From Octopus vulgaris (Eukaryota), in assembly GCA_951406725.2 (NCBI GenBank), contig OX597817.1, positions 159,588,001 to 159,652,000 on the forward strand: a DNA stretch of 64,000 bases, in the 5' to 3' direction. The notes beneath the pieces were generated by a model, which saw nothing but the letters and a program-made list of their open reading frames with translations, was not told where the DNA came from and did no database searches. This document shows, one piece after another, positions 13,193 through 24,875 of this stretch. Each line of letters opens with the position of its first letter. Positions within the stretch are counted from its first letter, which is position 1. Both the position numbers and the translations under genes were made by a program.

Positions 13193-13684
13193 ATATACCG
13201 CTACATGAAGCCCTCCAGCTTCACAGACCCCAGTTGAACCGTCCAACCCATGCTAGCATGGAAAACGGACACTAAATGATGATGATGATGATGATGATGT
13301 TATTCTAGATACTTTAGCTGAAACTCTTAATGCTCAGCTGCTCTCTCAGCTAACTTGTGCCCTATCCCTTCTGCTGGTGAATATTACACATCCATGCTTA
13401 TTTCATTTATTTCTTGAATGCACAGCACAGAATTCTTAACATCTCTCTTCCTATATACTGAGCAAAGTTACATTTCAAATGGTATTAGAATAGTAAGCTA
13501 TAATGTTACTAACTGGTATTTTGTTTTTGTCACGTTGCCCTTTAGGCCTTTGGACTTGAGTCCATGCTTCTACAATTAATAGACTTATTAATAGAAATTC
13601 TTTACAAACAAATCTTAGACTGAATCATGCAAGAAAGAGCTTTTTTTTGTTTTTTAATGTGGTTGTAAATACTAATCTTTTATC

Positions 13685-14020
13685 TATATGTTTTACTTGT
13701 GTCAGTCATTGAACCGTGGCCATGCTGGGGCATCACATAAAGGACTTAGTCAAACAAATTAACTTCAGCTGAACTGCTAAGTGACAAGAACATAAACCAG
13801 TACTGGCTGTCAAGCAATGGTGGGGGAACAGACACAAAGACATACAAACACACAAATATACAACAAGCTTTCACACAGTTTCCATCTACCATATTCCCTC
13901 ACAATATACTGGCTGGCCTGGGGATATAATAGAAGGCATTTGTCCAAGGTGCTGTGCAGTAGGACTGAACACCAAACCACAGGGTTGCAAAATTGAGCTT
14001 CTTAACCGCACAGCCATGCA
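13685..14020 (-). mobile_element. Decayed CORE-like SINE
   Basis: Reverse-complement homology to 10076-10485. Confidence 0.7.
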
Positions 14021-14694
14021 TTTTTTTTTTTTTTACAATGCTGTACTTTCTTAACTGTATAGTTATGCCTGTACACTCATGTTAAAGAACATTGTTTAAA
14101 ACTGCATAAAGTCTACATCAGTACAATTTTAGCAGCAAAATAAACAAAATCATACTAACCCAAACCAAAACTAACCAAAATAAAATTTAAAAACAACATT
14201 AGGAAAGATTATCTGAAAGTAATGCATACTAATAAGATGATGAAGAATTTTTTTAGCATATGTCTTATTTTTCCCATGTGTATGACTAATCTTGTCATTG
14301 CTCATATATTTATAATTTGTTTTGTTTTGTTATTCTTTGAAAGAACTTTTCCAGCTATAACAATTGATTTAAATAAAATCATTTCATAAATTTTTGTTGT
14401 CTTATTAAAATTAAATAAAATATCTAAATTTTATTAAAAGAAATACTTGTCAAATTGACAAACCTCAGAAAAATGTTTCTGGTGAAGTGTTGACTAACTA
14501 GTAACAATAATCAAATGTTATTTTGGTTCGAGTCTATCAAGCCTGAAGGACCTGCTCTTAAGATCATTCTATTTGTCACCATTATTCACTGAAACATAAT
14601 TTCGTCATGTACACAAAAATAATTTTCTGAAATATTCAATTCATGACTGAAAAAATAGTTGCATCAACAATGGCATAAGTTATTAGATAGTATA

Positions 14695-15870
14695 ATTGAT
14701 AGAAGATAGGTGTTTTATGTTCTGAGTTCAAATCCAGCTGAGATCAACCTTGCCTTTCTTTCCCTTGGTTTGTTCACAGTACTACATAAGAGCATAGGGC
14801 CAGTTTCCTGGTTTCTCTGGCATATATATTCCTCCTTGGACAGGAAGCCAGTTTGTCACAGGATTACTCATTTTGTTCCAGCTGAGTGGATTGGAGCAGC
14901 ATAAACTGAGATGTTTTGCTCAAGAACACAACACATCACCCAGTCCAGGAAACAAAACCACAATCTTACAATCATGAGTCCAACACCCTAACAACCAAGC
15001 CATGCACCTCTGCTTTTTGTTTTGCTTGAAGGTCAATAAAATAAAGCAGCAGTCAAGTACTGGGTTTCAACACAACTGACTAACCTCTTCCCCTCAAAAC
15101 TGCTGGCCTTGTATCTAAATTAGAGATTATTATTATTGTGGTTGAACTGTTAGAACATTGGATAAAATGCCTTATCGTGTTTCTTCCGGCTCTTTACATT
15201 CTGGGTATAAATCACACAGAAGCCAATTTTGTTCCCATTTCTGTGGGGTTTATAAAACAAAGTACCAGTCAAATAATAGGTGCAATTTAACTGACTAACA
15301 CCTTGGGTTTAAAAATAAAAATGTTAAGTTATTGAATATTATTTTGAAATGCATAAGGAAGAATATGGCATTAAAAACTTTAGGATTAGTAGATATGTCT
15401 GCCAATGAAAAGGCTAAGAACTAAAAAATTCCAGACAGGTGGCAAGAAGTTTGCTTCCCAACCACATGGTTCTGGGTTCAGTGTGTGGCACTTTGGGTAA
15501 GTGTCTGACTATAACCTAAGGCTGATCTAAATCTTGTTGAGTGGATTAGGTGGATGGAAACTGAAAGAAATCCATTGTAATGTGTGTGTGTGTGTGTGTG
15601 TCTTTGTGTATGTCTCCGTGTCCCATAGCTGGTTGGTGACAAATTTTTCCCCTTTGTAAGGATAATTTAGCTGATGCTTCTACTGTTCTAATGATGTCTC
15701 TGCGTTTGAAAAGAAATTATCAATGTTGATGTGCCTACGCCCCTCTTAGTAGCTCAGCAAAAGTGACTGATAGAATAAGTACCAGGCTTTACAGAAAAAT
15801 AAGAAGAACTGGGGTTTCAACTAAAATCCTTCAAGGTTCCTATCATGACTGAAACAAGTAAAAATAAAGT
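14695..15870. mobile_element. Cluster of nested/adjacent decayed SINEs (three families)
   Basis: 14790-15010 (-) matches 51702-51966 and interrupts a copy of the 626-type family; 15138-15300 is 626-type; 15440-15870 matches the 10076-type. Confidence 0.7.
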
Positions 15871-15949
15871 AATTCGTTATCTGGTATCTTTTACGTTTCA
15901 GTCCTATATTACATTTTTAAGAATAACAAAAGAATGTGAGAAATTATGG

Positions 15950-16120
15950 AGGATACTAAATGGTTACCCATTTGATCACACAGTTCTAAGTTCAATCCCA
16001 GGCAAGGCACTAAAGTGAATCACAAAACACTTGAAGAAGGCTGGAGTGTACATAGCCAAAATGTAGTGAAAAAGTAACAACCAAGATAAGAAGACAACTC
16101 CAACTAATAATACATGATAT
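15950..16120 (+). mobile_element. Decayed tRNA-headed element with hammerhead-like/Penelope-like tail
   Basis: A-box-like TACTAAATGGTT, B box GTTCAATCC (15990-15998), then AACAC TTGAAGA AGGCTG..TAGCC AAAAT GTA GTG, homologous to the hammerhead arm at 38792-38880. Confidence 0.55.
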
Positions 16121-16200
16121 GTGAGTTTGTTGATATGTGTTCTCCTCACAGCAGTGTAAGCTTCAGAAAATTACTTAACACTTATTGATAGCTGGTATTT

Positions 16201-16335
16201 TTTGCCTTTGATCCTTTCGGGGTCGATTAAATAAGTACCAGTTACGCACTGGGGTCGATATAATCGACTTAATCCGTTTGTCTGTCCTTGTTTGTCTCCT
16301 CTGTGTGTAGCCCCTTGTGGGTAGTAAAGAAATAG
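16201..16335 (+). mobile_element. 5'-truncated young SINE
   Basis: GCCTTTGATCCTTTCGGGGTCGA...GTAAAGAAATA; flanked by a GGTATTT direct repeat. Confidence 0.8.
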
Positions 16336-17527
16336 GTATTTCTACATAGTGAGACTCTGATGAAATCTGAGAACTCAGCTGGTAAGGAAGGAATGGCCAC
16401 ATGACATAAAGGAGATAAGTGTCTAAGCAGCAAAACAACAGATTTCATATTTTTGTGGGGGAAACTTTAATTATTGTCAAGGCTGTTTCATTTATTGAAT
16501 GTGTAGAAGAATTTTAACTGGAAACACTCAGTGAATTTTTATTCTTAAATGTAAAAAAAAAAAAAGAGTGTGATATCAAAAAGGGCTATTTTTCTTTCTT
16601 TTTATTTTGTCATAACAGGGTGATCTGTCTGCATCAGTACTACTTGATTAGATGTGTGGTACTCAGCTAACTGAATGTTAGGATACTAATGTACTTATAT
16701 CACAAATTAGGTATGGTTTAGGTCAAAACTGCTAAAGAAAAGGCTAGCCACCTGATAGGAAGCTTTCATTCATCAACACGCTACACTCAATGAACTGTAT
16801 ATCCTGCTCCAGTTTCTTCTAAGTGCTACTACAAATTTGATAACTATAAAGAACACATTTACCTACATCCAACTACCTTCTTTCTATCACACCTCCTAGA
16901 CACAATATATTAAACACTTTACCCAATCATTCTTCCATAAAACAGCTTCTCTCTGGTATTTCCCTATTACATATGTTTTCCTTTCAATCACTAACCTAAC
17001 CAAACATTAAATACTTTAACATTCTCTACTTTAAGAATATTATTGGTATTGGTTTTATGTTCCTGCATCAGCTTGAAATCACTTGCGTCTTACTGACTTA
17101 ACAAACTAAAACAAAAAAAAGAAAAAGAACTGTAGTCTTCTCAAGAAAAGTTGGCAGGTATAAAAAATATATTTATAATTAGACACCATTTTTCAATTAG
17201 TATCATTTGAACTAAGGTCCCATTATATTGTTGCTATCAGACAGTTTACAAGATATTGTAACCTGTTGGTGATCTTTAGTATAATTAAGGAAAGGGCCAT
17301 ATTGAATTAATATGGATAGAATCAACAAGTAGTTCATAGAGAGCGTAATTGGGTACTGCTGTACAAATTGTGACTGCTTGTTCGTTATCTTAGTCTTCAT
17401 AAACGTAAACAAACTGCATGCAAGTCACTAGGAATGACACTACTATAGAATTCTCACAAGATACCAAGTTCCAACACATCAAACATGTTAGTTTTGTAAC
17501 TAAGAGAAATGGTGAATAATCTTCACA

Positions 17528-17729
17528 TCCTCTTTTACTCGTTTCAGTCATATGACTGTGGCCACGCTGGAGCACTGCCTTTAGTTGAACAAATCAACCC
17601 CAGAACTTATTCTTTGTAAGCCTAGCACCTATTCCATTGTTTTGTTTTTTTTGCTGAACCACTAAGTTACGGGGACGTAAATACAGTAACATCAGTTGTC
17701 AAGTGATGGTGAGGACAAATAGACACACA

Positions 17730-17777
<48 letters not shown>

Positions 17778-17940
17778 CATACATACATATAACGGGCTTC
17801 TTTCAGTTTCCGTCCAAGTCCACTCACCATGATTTGGTCACCTCGAGGCTATAGTAAAAGTCACTTGCCCAGGGTGCCATGCAGTGGAACTGAACCCAGA
17901 ACCATGTGGTTGGGAAGCAAGCTTCATACCACATCTGCAC
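17528..17940 (-). mobile_element. Full-length CORE-like SINE
   Basis: Reverse-complement homology to 10076-10485, including the internal (TA)n. Confidence 0.8.
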
Positions 17941-18167
17941 ATGTGTAATATAATTTCAAACATAGGAACTTGACCAAAAATTTTAACAAGTATTTAAGCC
18001 CTATATATCTATTCCAGATATTTAACGGTACTTTATTCTATCAACCCAGGAAAGATGAAAGGCAAACTGATTTTGGCAGGATCAGAACTCAGAACAAAAA
18101 GAACTGGAATATAAAATGCAATCTACACCCTTCACATGTATAATATGGAAGTCAATTATTTTAACTT

Positions 18168-18417
18168 GTGAGAGATAAAACTGCTGTTCCAAAGTATAGT
18201 TACATTTGTCTGATGAACATAATATTCTACCAGGGAAAAAAATACAAAAATAGATTACAAAATATAGTTAAGAGATCAGCATAAATATGATAGAGACAGC
18301 TGCTGCCATACAATGTCTCTAGAAAAACCACATTTAGCATAATTCTAGCATTAAGACAAACACAAGCGTTTCTTTTTGTAATAATTCGTGGCCTAAAATG
18401 AAATGTATCTAAAGCCA
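18168..18417 (+). repeat. 250-bp otherwise unique segment duplicated at 19206-19454
   Basis: Direct alignment, about 11 differences in 250 bp. Confidence 0.9.
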
Positions 18418-18807
18418 TTCGTTGATTACATATTTTAAAAGCCTACAGTATTTATGAAAAATAATACTTCCAGAACTAATGAATTTCAATCAAGTCAGCT
18501 GAAGGGAAAGTGGTGGTTGCGGGTGAGGGTGAGGCTTAGAATATATCAAGTATGAGTAAGAAAAATAGCATTCTAATCGCTTCAAAGGAAGCAGCTTGAT
18601 CAGGACATCTGTTTTTAAAAATGTGACACTGCATGAGAAAGCTGACCACTGAAATGTGAACTTGTGACCTGGATTTTATGTCTTTTTATGCTTGAATCGG
18701 TTTGTTTGGGAAAATATCAAGCCAATGATTCAAGCATAAAGGACAACATTTAGAGACACTAAAAAAGACATTTATTAAAAAAAAAAAAAAACTAGGTTTA
18801 CTCTATT

Positions 18808-19190
18808 GTCGTGTGGTTAAGTATGCTTCCCCATTACATGGTTTTGGGTTCAATCCCACTGCAAGGTACCTTAGACAAGTTTCTTTTATAGCTTCAGACT
18901 AACCAAAGCCTTTGGAGTGGGATTTGGTGGATGGAAGCTGAACGAAGCCCATTAAATACACACACACACACACACTTGATATTGTGTTAGCTGTAAATGA
19001 GTGTCATTGTCATGCAAGCAGTGTCGTCCATTTCCAACATTCAGCTGAAACATACATGGCAATAAGGAAATATTATCTTGCCTGGAAACAGGTGTAGGCT
19101 ACTGACATGAAGGGTAGCTACTCTAAGTCAATAAACTCTATCCAACCCATGCAAGCATGGAAAAGTGGATGTTAGCACACTGATGATGAA
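18808..19190 (+). mobile_element. CORE-like SINE with RTE-type tail (decayed)
   Basis: tRNA head GTGTGGTTAAG..GGGTTCAATCCC, core, tail AACCCATGCAAGCATGGAAAAGTGG..TGATGATG; a similar copy lies at 19470-19810. Confidence 0.7.
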
Positions 19191-19812
19191 AGAGCAGGCA
19201 TAGCAGTGAGAGATAAAACTGCTGTTCCAATGCATAGCTACATTTGTCTGATGGACATAATATTCTACCAGGGAAAAAATACAAAAATAGATTACAAAAT
19301 ATAGTTAAGAGATCAGCATATCTATGATAGAGACAGCTGCTGCCATACAATGTCTCTAGAAAAACCACATTTAGCATAATTCTAGCATTAAGACAAACAC
19401 AAGTGTTTCTTTTTGTAATAACTTGTGGCCTAAAATGAAATGTATCTGAAGCCACTTCTAAATTACCCAACACCTTGGTTGAGTGTATTTTACTATAGCT
19501 CTGGACCAACCAGAGCCTTGTGAATTGATTTGCTAGATGGAAAACAAAAATGCCCATTGTGTGTGTGTGTGTTTACAACTGAGCTTCTTCAGAAATCCTT
19601 GAGCTACAAGTAATGGCATTATCGTTTCCCCTGTCAATAAAATGCCCGCAGGTTTTGCACCTTCAAAGGCATGTGAAATAAGAGCTCCCTTCCTTGAAAT
19701 GTGGTAAGGGTTAGCAACAGAAAAGGCATCCTACTGTAAAACAACACCTCAATAATATATTTGCTTAATCTATGCCAGGATGGAAAAACAGACATAGAAA
19801 TGAATGAACACG

Positions 19813-19847
<35 letters not shown>

Positions 19848-19853
<6 letters not shown>

Positions 19854-20070
19854 AACAAAAGAAAATTTCAAGAGATGCAGCACGAAGCTTTGTCAATGAA
19901 CAGGTCGCTGTCTCAAAGCGACGAAAATAGTTTGACAAATTAAATTTAAATGTTGAAGTGAATCTAATGATTTTGTGTGTTTCTTAAATGGCTTATAAAC
20001 ACCTTCCACGCTGCAATTGTTTTTGTTCCAGCACACGATCTCAGATCAAGTCACTTGCTATGCAAGTACA
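19848..20070 (+). mobile_element. Short insert in a microsatellite carrying a hammerhead-like fold (Penelope-like terminal fragment)
   Basis: TTTGTCA-ATGAACA-G-GTCGCT-gtctcaa-AGCGAC-GAAA-ATAG-TT-TGACAAA at 19889-19939; bounded by (TA)n and (TC)n. Confidence 0.55.
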
Positions 20071-20567
20071 TCTCTCTCTCTCTCATATATACATACATAC
20101 ATACACACATTTTATACATATATTTATATATACACACACACACACATATATATGAATTATACAATCTATTTACACTTTACAAATTAAGTTTCACTTAAAT
20201 TCTAGAAAAGTTGCATTATGGTAACAATCTTGTAATTCAAGCATAATTTTTTAAAACTTTTTTAAAACATCCCCATTTATACAAATTTGATAAGATACTA
20301 TGTTAAGTATTAAATACTCTGTGTCAGTGTTTTATTGTTCAGAAATGTATATCTTACTATATTTTTTATCTTGTACAGATCTTTTCTTTCTCTTTGGTGT
20401 AGTTTCTGAGTATATAAAGATTTTATGCAAATAGGAATGGCAGAAATAGCACAGAGTAATGAGCTGACTTAGTCATTTTACACAAATCAGATGCATTTTG
20501 TTTATCTAAACAGGATTAGTTTTGCCTGGCATTCCTTCATATTTAATAAAATGTATACCAGTAATAT

Positions 20568-20828
20568 CATCATCATCATCATTGTTCGACCGTGGTCGAG
20601 ACAATGGAATTTACCATGCTACGCCAGACTTCACGGTCCATCATGGCATTATGGAGGTCCTGTTGCTGGATGCCTGTATCCCTGGAGATTACATCAGGGT
20701 AGGAGAGTGTGCGCCCTCTGGTATTGCGAGTAGATGGCTTCCAGAGGAGAAGAGTAGAAATTACTTATTTTTCAGCTCTACAACAACGTCCAGCAAACTG
20801 GACTCTCCTACCTTTCACAAGAGATGAC
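20568..20828 (-). mobile_element. 5'-truncated RTE-clade LINE 3' end
   Basis: Translates VKGRRVQFAGRCCR...LLLWKP...RGRTLSYPDVI...MMDREVWRSMV; (TGA)n tail; 11-bp TSD ACCAGTAATAT (20557-20567 / 20829-20839). Confidence 0.88.
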
Positions 20829-21424
20829 ACCAGTAATATACCAGGCTAGCTGACTGACTACATTCCTTTCCATTAAACAAGGAAGAAAACTAATTTATGT
20901 AAATGACTGATAAGCATGAAAAAAAAAAAAAGAACAGTGAGCATAAATTAATATTTAAAAGAATAGGATTGAATTAACAAGGACAAACTTTATCAAGATA
21001 AAATATGAATGATACTGTGCAAAAGTAAATTACAATTTACTATACTCACCATCAGCAGATGGCAGGAAGGCTTTAAGTATCCATATTAAAACAGGTAGAT
21101 GTGAAAAAGAGAAATCAGAGAGCTAAGACCTGTAGAATCTATTATACTGGAGGAAAGGAAGGTATGGAGAGCTTTTAGTAATAGTACTAAGTTAAACTAT
21201 GGGATGACTATCTCTGTCACAGGTCAAAGAATGAGATGGCCTTCAGATAAGGTCAGCTGTGAATAAATCAGATAAGTAGTCATAGGTCAGCTGCTGCTGA
21301 ATCCTGTGTGCCTCATAAAATATTTGATGTGTAAGTACATAAAAAACACCTCAGCCAAAACACTTCAACAATCAGCTGTCAAAAGAAATTGAGTCCTCTT
21401 CCTTAGTTATTGCTAGTCACAGGT

Positions 21425-21600
21425 TAGTAGTGATCAAGCAGGCTTACAATTAAAAGCAGTCCAATGGTGACCACCCTGTCTTAAATTTTTCTAGACATAG
21501 TACATCTATGACTACATTATAAAATGTGTCCCTTTTTTAAAGATTAGGCTCTCACTTGAGGAATATTGTGTTGCTATTTCTAGCAGGTTGAGCAATCAAA
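21425..21600 (+). repeat. Unclassified old interspersed repeat
   Basis: GATCAAGCAG..ATGACCA.CCTGT..AGACATAGTA..GCTATTTCTAGCAGGT motif recurs at about 37645-37820, 51370-51510 and 52440-52625 (-). Confidence 0.55.
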
Positions 21601-21643
21601 GATCTTTTAACTGTGTCTTTTCCTTATGCTTTCATAAATTTAA

Positions 21644-22009
21644 CCCCTTAGTAACAAATAGCTTACAAACTACAGAATTTTCTCAAGAACGCCAAGAGAA
21701 AAAGATGTTTTATGTAACACATTCTACCAGTATACAAAGTTTAAAAGTGTTTAGTTACAAAGAAATTATTTTTTAAATCTGGCGGTCAAAGTGAAAAGAT
21801 CCAATCCGGCCATATCCGTGCAGATATTCTACCTGCTTTATGTTCAGACTGGTCAGATCCGGCCTATCACATCTACCCAACATTTGTCATTCTAAACATA
21901 AACAACAATGCTGCTGAAATCCAAAAGCTACGAGATAATGCATGATTAATTCAAAATAATGTGAATAAATAAGCATTACATTTGACAGAATAATCTGAAT
22001 GCTAAAGGG
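21644..22009. mobile_element. TTAA-flanked (piggyBac-like) MITE
   Basis: TTAA-CCCCTTAG ... CTAAAGGG-TTAA; body homologous to 43242-43462; inverted partial copy at 22284-22467. Confidence 0.7.
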
Positions 22010-23009
22010 TTAAACATACTGAAGAAGAGTGAGAGAAGAGGTTGATTTTAAACATATTTCTATAAGGAATATAAGCAGTAAAGAAACATTGATGCCTCTA
22101 AAGCAACGATATATTATAGTGTTTGATGAAAAACATTATTAAATGCTGGATCTATGTTTAAGTACTGCTTAAATGAGGAGAGGTGGGACAGAGGTGTTCA
22201 ATGGAAGAAGGATTTTCATTATTAATTGAGGGTAGAGAATAAGACAAAATGCTTCATGGTGTATCATCATCATTTAGCGTCCATTATTTATTCACATTGT
22301 TTTGAATTAATCATTTGTTATCTCATAGGTTCAACAATTAGATGATGTGATGAATAATTTTTAGAATGACATTGCAGGGTAGGTATGAAAGGTCAGATCT
22401 GGCAACTTTGAACCTAAAACAGGTGGAATATTCTGGTCCAGAAATGGTTTCTCTAAATGCTAAAGGGTTAATTTGATCATAGATTCTGAGTCTGGATCCT
22501 GTTTGGATCAACCCTGCTGTTCATCCTCTCAGCATCAATAAATTAAATGCTAATCAAATATGGTGGTTGATTTCATCAGCAATATCCCTTTCTTCTATTT
22601 CCCTAAACTTAAAAAGCATTGATGATCAATTGGAGATGGAATGCTCCAAGATCTTGGCAAAGAACCTACTCTAATATAGGTGAAGTAGATTGATGTTTAC
22701 AGAAAACTGTGGGAAGGAAGGGAATTTTATAAATTTAGAGAGAGAGAATGATTAAATGAGAAGCAAAGTGCAGAATCTGTTTGGTGGGGACTGAAACTCT
22801 GCCGGGATGTTGACAGGAGGGTGCTTTGAGTGGATAGTGTTGATGAGTGAGTCTTTTCTAAATAGATAGAGAGATTATTTTAGATGTTTCTACAATATTT
22901 GAGAATGTAGTAGTAGTAGTAGTATTATTCCAGATATGAAAATAGATCAGTGACTAATCAGGATAGAAGTCATTTTGGCCAAGGAAATCTTGTCATTATG
23001 CTATAGATT

Positions 23010-23242
23010 TATATTTCTTTATTGCCCACAGGGGGCTATACATAGAGAGGACAAACAAGGATAGACAAAGGGATTAAGTCGAGTACATCGACACAAATGC
23101 ATAACTGGTACTTATTTAATCAATCCCGAAAGGATGAAAGGCAAAGTCGACCTCAGTGGAATTTGAACTCAGAACGTAATGGCAGACGAAATACCGCTAA
23201 GCATTTCGCCCAGCATGCTAACAATTCTGCCAGCTCACCGCC
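23010..23242 (-). mobile_element. Full-length tRNA-derived SINE
   Basis: Reverse strand reads GGCGGTGAGCTGGCAGAATTGTTAG...GAGTTCAAATTCC...GCCTTTCATCCTTTCGGG...AATAAAGAAATA. Confidence 0.85.
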
Positions 23243-23249
23243 AAGTACG

Positions 23250-23445
23250 TAGAGAAGTTCCAGTTTATGGTCATTTTCACAAATGATAGAAGATAGGAGG
23301 CAGAGGTGGATGCAAGAATTGCTGCAGCAGATGCAATATGCCAGCTTCAACACTCAGTTATCAGAAGGAAAGGAGATGAAAAAGCCAAACTCGCTAACTT
23401 CAATTCAATTTTTGTGCCTACCCATACCTATAAGCACAAATCATC
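23250..23445 (+). mobile_element. Decayed RTE (Expander-like) RT fragment
   Basis: EVDARIAAADAICQLQHSVI...KAKLANFNSIFVPTHTY parallels the RTE motif EIDRRIGAAS...KAKL.IY.SI.VPTLTYG. Confidence 0.65.
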
Positions 23446-24469
23446 ATCGGTACTGGCAATGACCTCGCTCGAATCTTTTACACATGCCACGGGCACAGGT
23501 GCCAGTAAGGCGGTCTGCATGAAACTTTTGTGCTGCCTTTTAGATATGGTAGAATATCAGGCGTGTGGAAAATATGACCAACCTCAACCACACTAACAAC
23601 ACATACATCACAATATGTCATCTGTCTATATGATTCCAAGTTTTCTACTTCACTTTCCTTATTTGTTCTCATTCTTCTTATTAGCCACCTTCTATTCTCC
23701 TCTTTTCCCCACTCTCAGTTCTTCATTCTGCAATTTATTATTTCCTCTTTTACTCCACCTTTTTCCTTTACATTTCTTTTTTACTTCAACTTCAAGAAAG
23801 GCTAGGAGTCCTCAAGCCACTCACTGTAAAAGCAACCTATCAAGGAGATTAGACTTTCTCAGGTAAATGAAAGAGGTACGAGATTAAAACGGTGATAAGG
23901 TAACAAAATACAAGTTCAGTAGTTGGTGAAAGAATATTCAGCCAACAAAAGTCACTGCCAAAATCAATATACTAAAGAGGAAACATATATGGATTAGCAC
24001 ACAATGTGCTGCTACTGTGCATAGTAAGGGTGGTATCAAGTTTGAGTAATGTTAGTTCTCCTATTAAGCATAAGCGATATTACCATCCTTTTTTTGTGTA
24101 GCCGATAGATAATATGTATATGATGACAAGTAGAGCTTGAAAAGTTGGAAGGATGTTGAAACATAGGTATCTTCACATATGTTGTGTACAGGAAATGAGA
24201 TTGAGAGGTACTTAGCTTGGTCCAATCATGGGAAGAAGCAGGTTTGTAAGTTATTTTAGGTAAGTAATAATTGCAAAACTGGTGAACTATATTTGAAGGG
24301 AAATGGGAAATAAACAATCAATGCAGTCAGGGTTAGAAATAGGTAATGATTAAGTTCATTACAAGCAATATAACAGACTCTAATATTTGTATATGGTGTA
24401 AAAAGAAATAAAAAAACAAAAACTTAATAGGTAATTATCATTCCAAGATAGGTGAGAAAATCTGTCTCC

Positions 24470-24516
<47 letters not shown>

Positions 24517-24518
24517 TA

Positions 24519-24731
24519 TGGGGTGGGGACTGAAAAGTTCCTGGCTTTAAGGGTATTGTGAAAGGTCTGGTTGGAGGCCCAACCTTTTGAGTTCTTTTAC
24601 AGGGCTTAGAAAAACTGAAGGATCTCCACAATAAGTGTGTAAATCTGAGAGGGAAATATGTAGAATAAAATGATAACTGATTCTCCTGTATTTTCTTTTA
24701 CTCAAAGTAAGGAACTTTTCAGCACCCCTCA
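24519..24731 (+). mobile_element. Mariner-derived MITE
   Basis: TIRs ..GGGGACTGAAAAGTTCCT / AGGAACTTTTCAGCACCCC; retains the transposase C-terminus FLQGLEKLKDLHNKCVNLRGKYVE*; inserted in a TA/CA tract. Confidence 0.8.
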
Positions 24732-24749
24732 TGTATATGTATGTATGTA

Positions 24750-24751
<2 letters not shown>

Positions 24752-24848
<97 letters not shown>

Positions 24849-24875
24849 AGAGAGAGAGAGAGAGAGAAAGAGAGA
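24752..24875. repeat. (TC)n-(TA)n-(GA)n compound microsatellite
   Basis: Directly visible; self-complementary arrangement. Confidence 0.95.
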
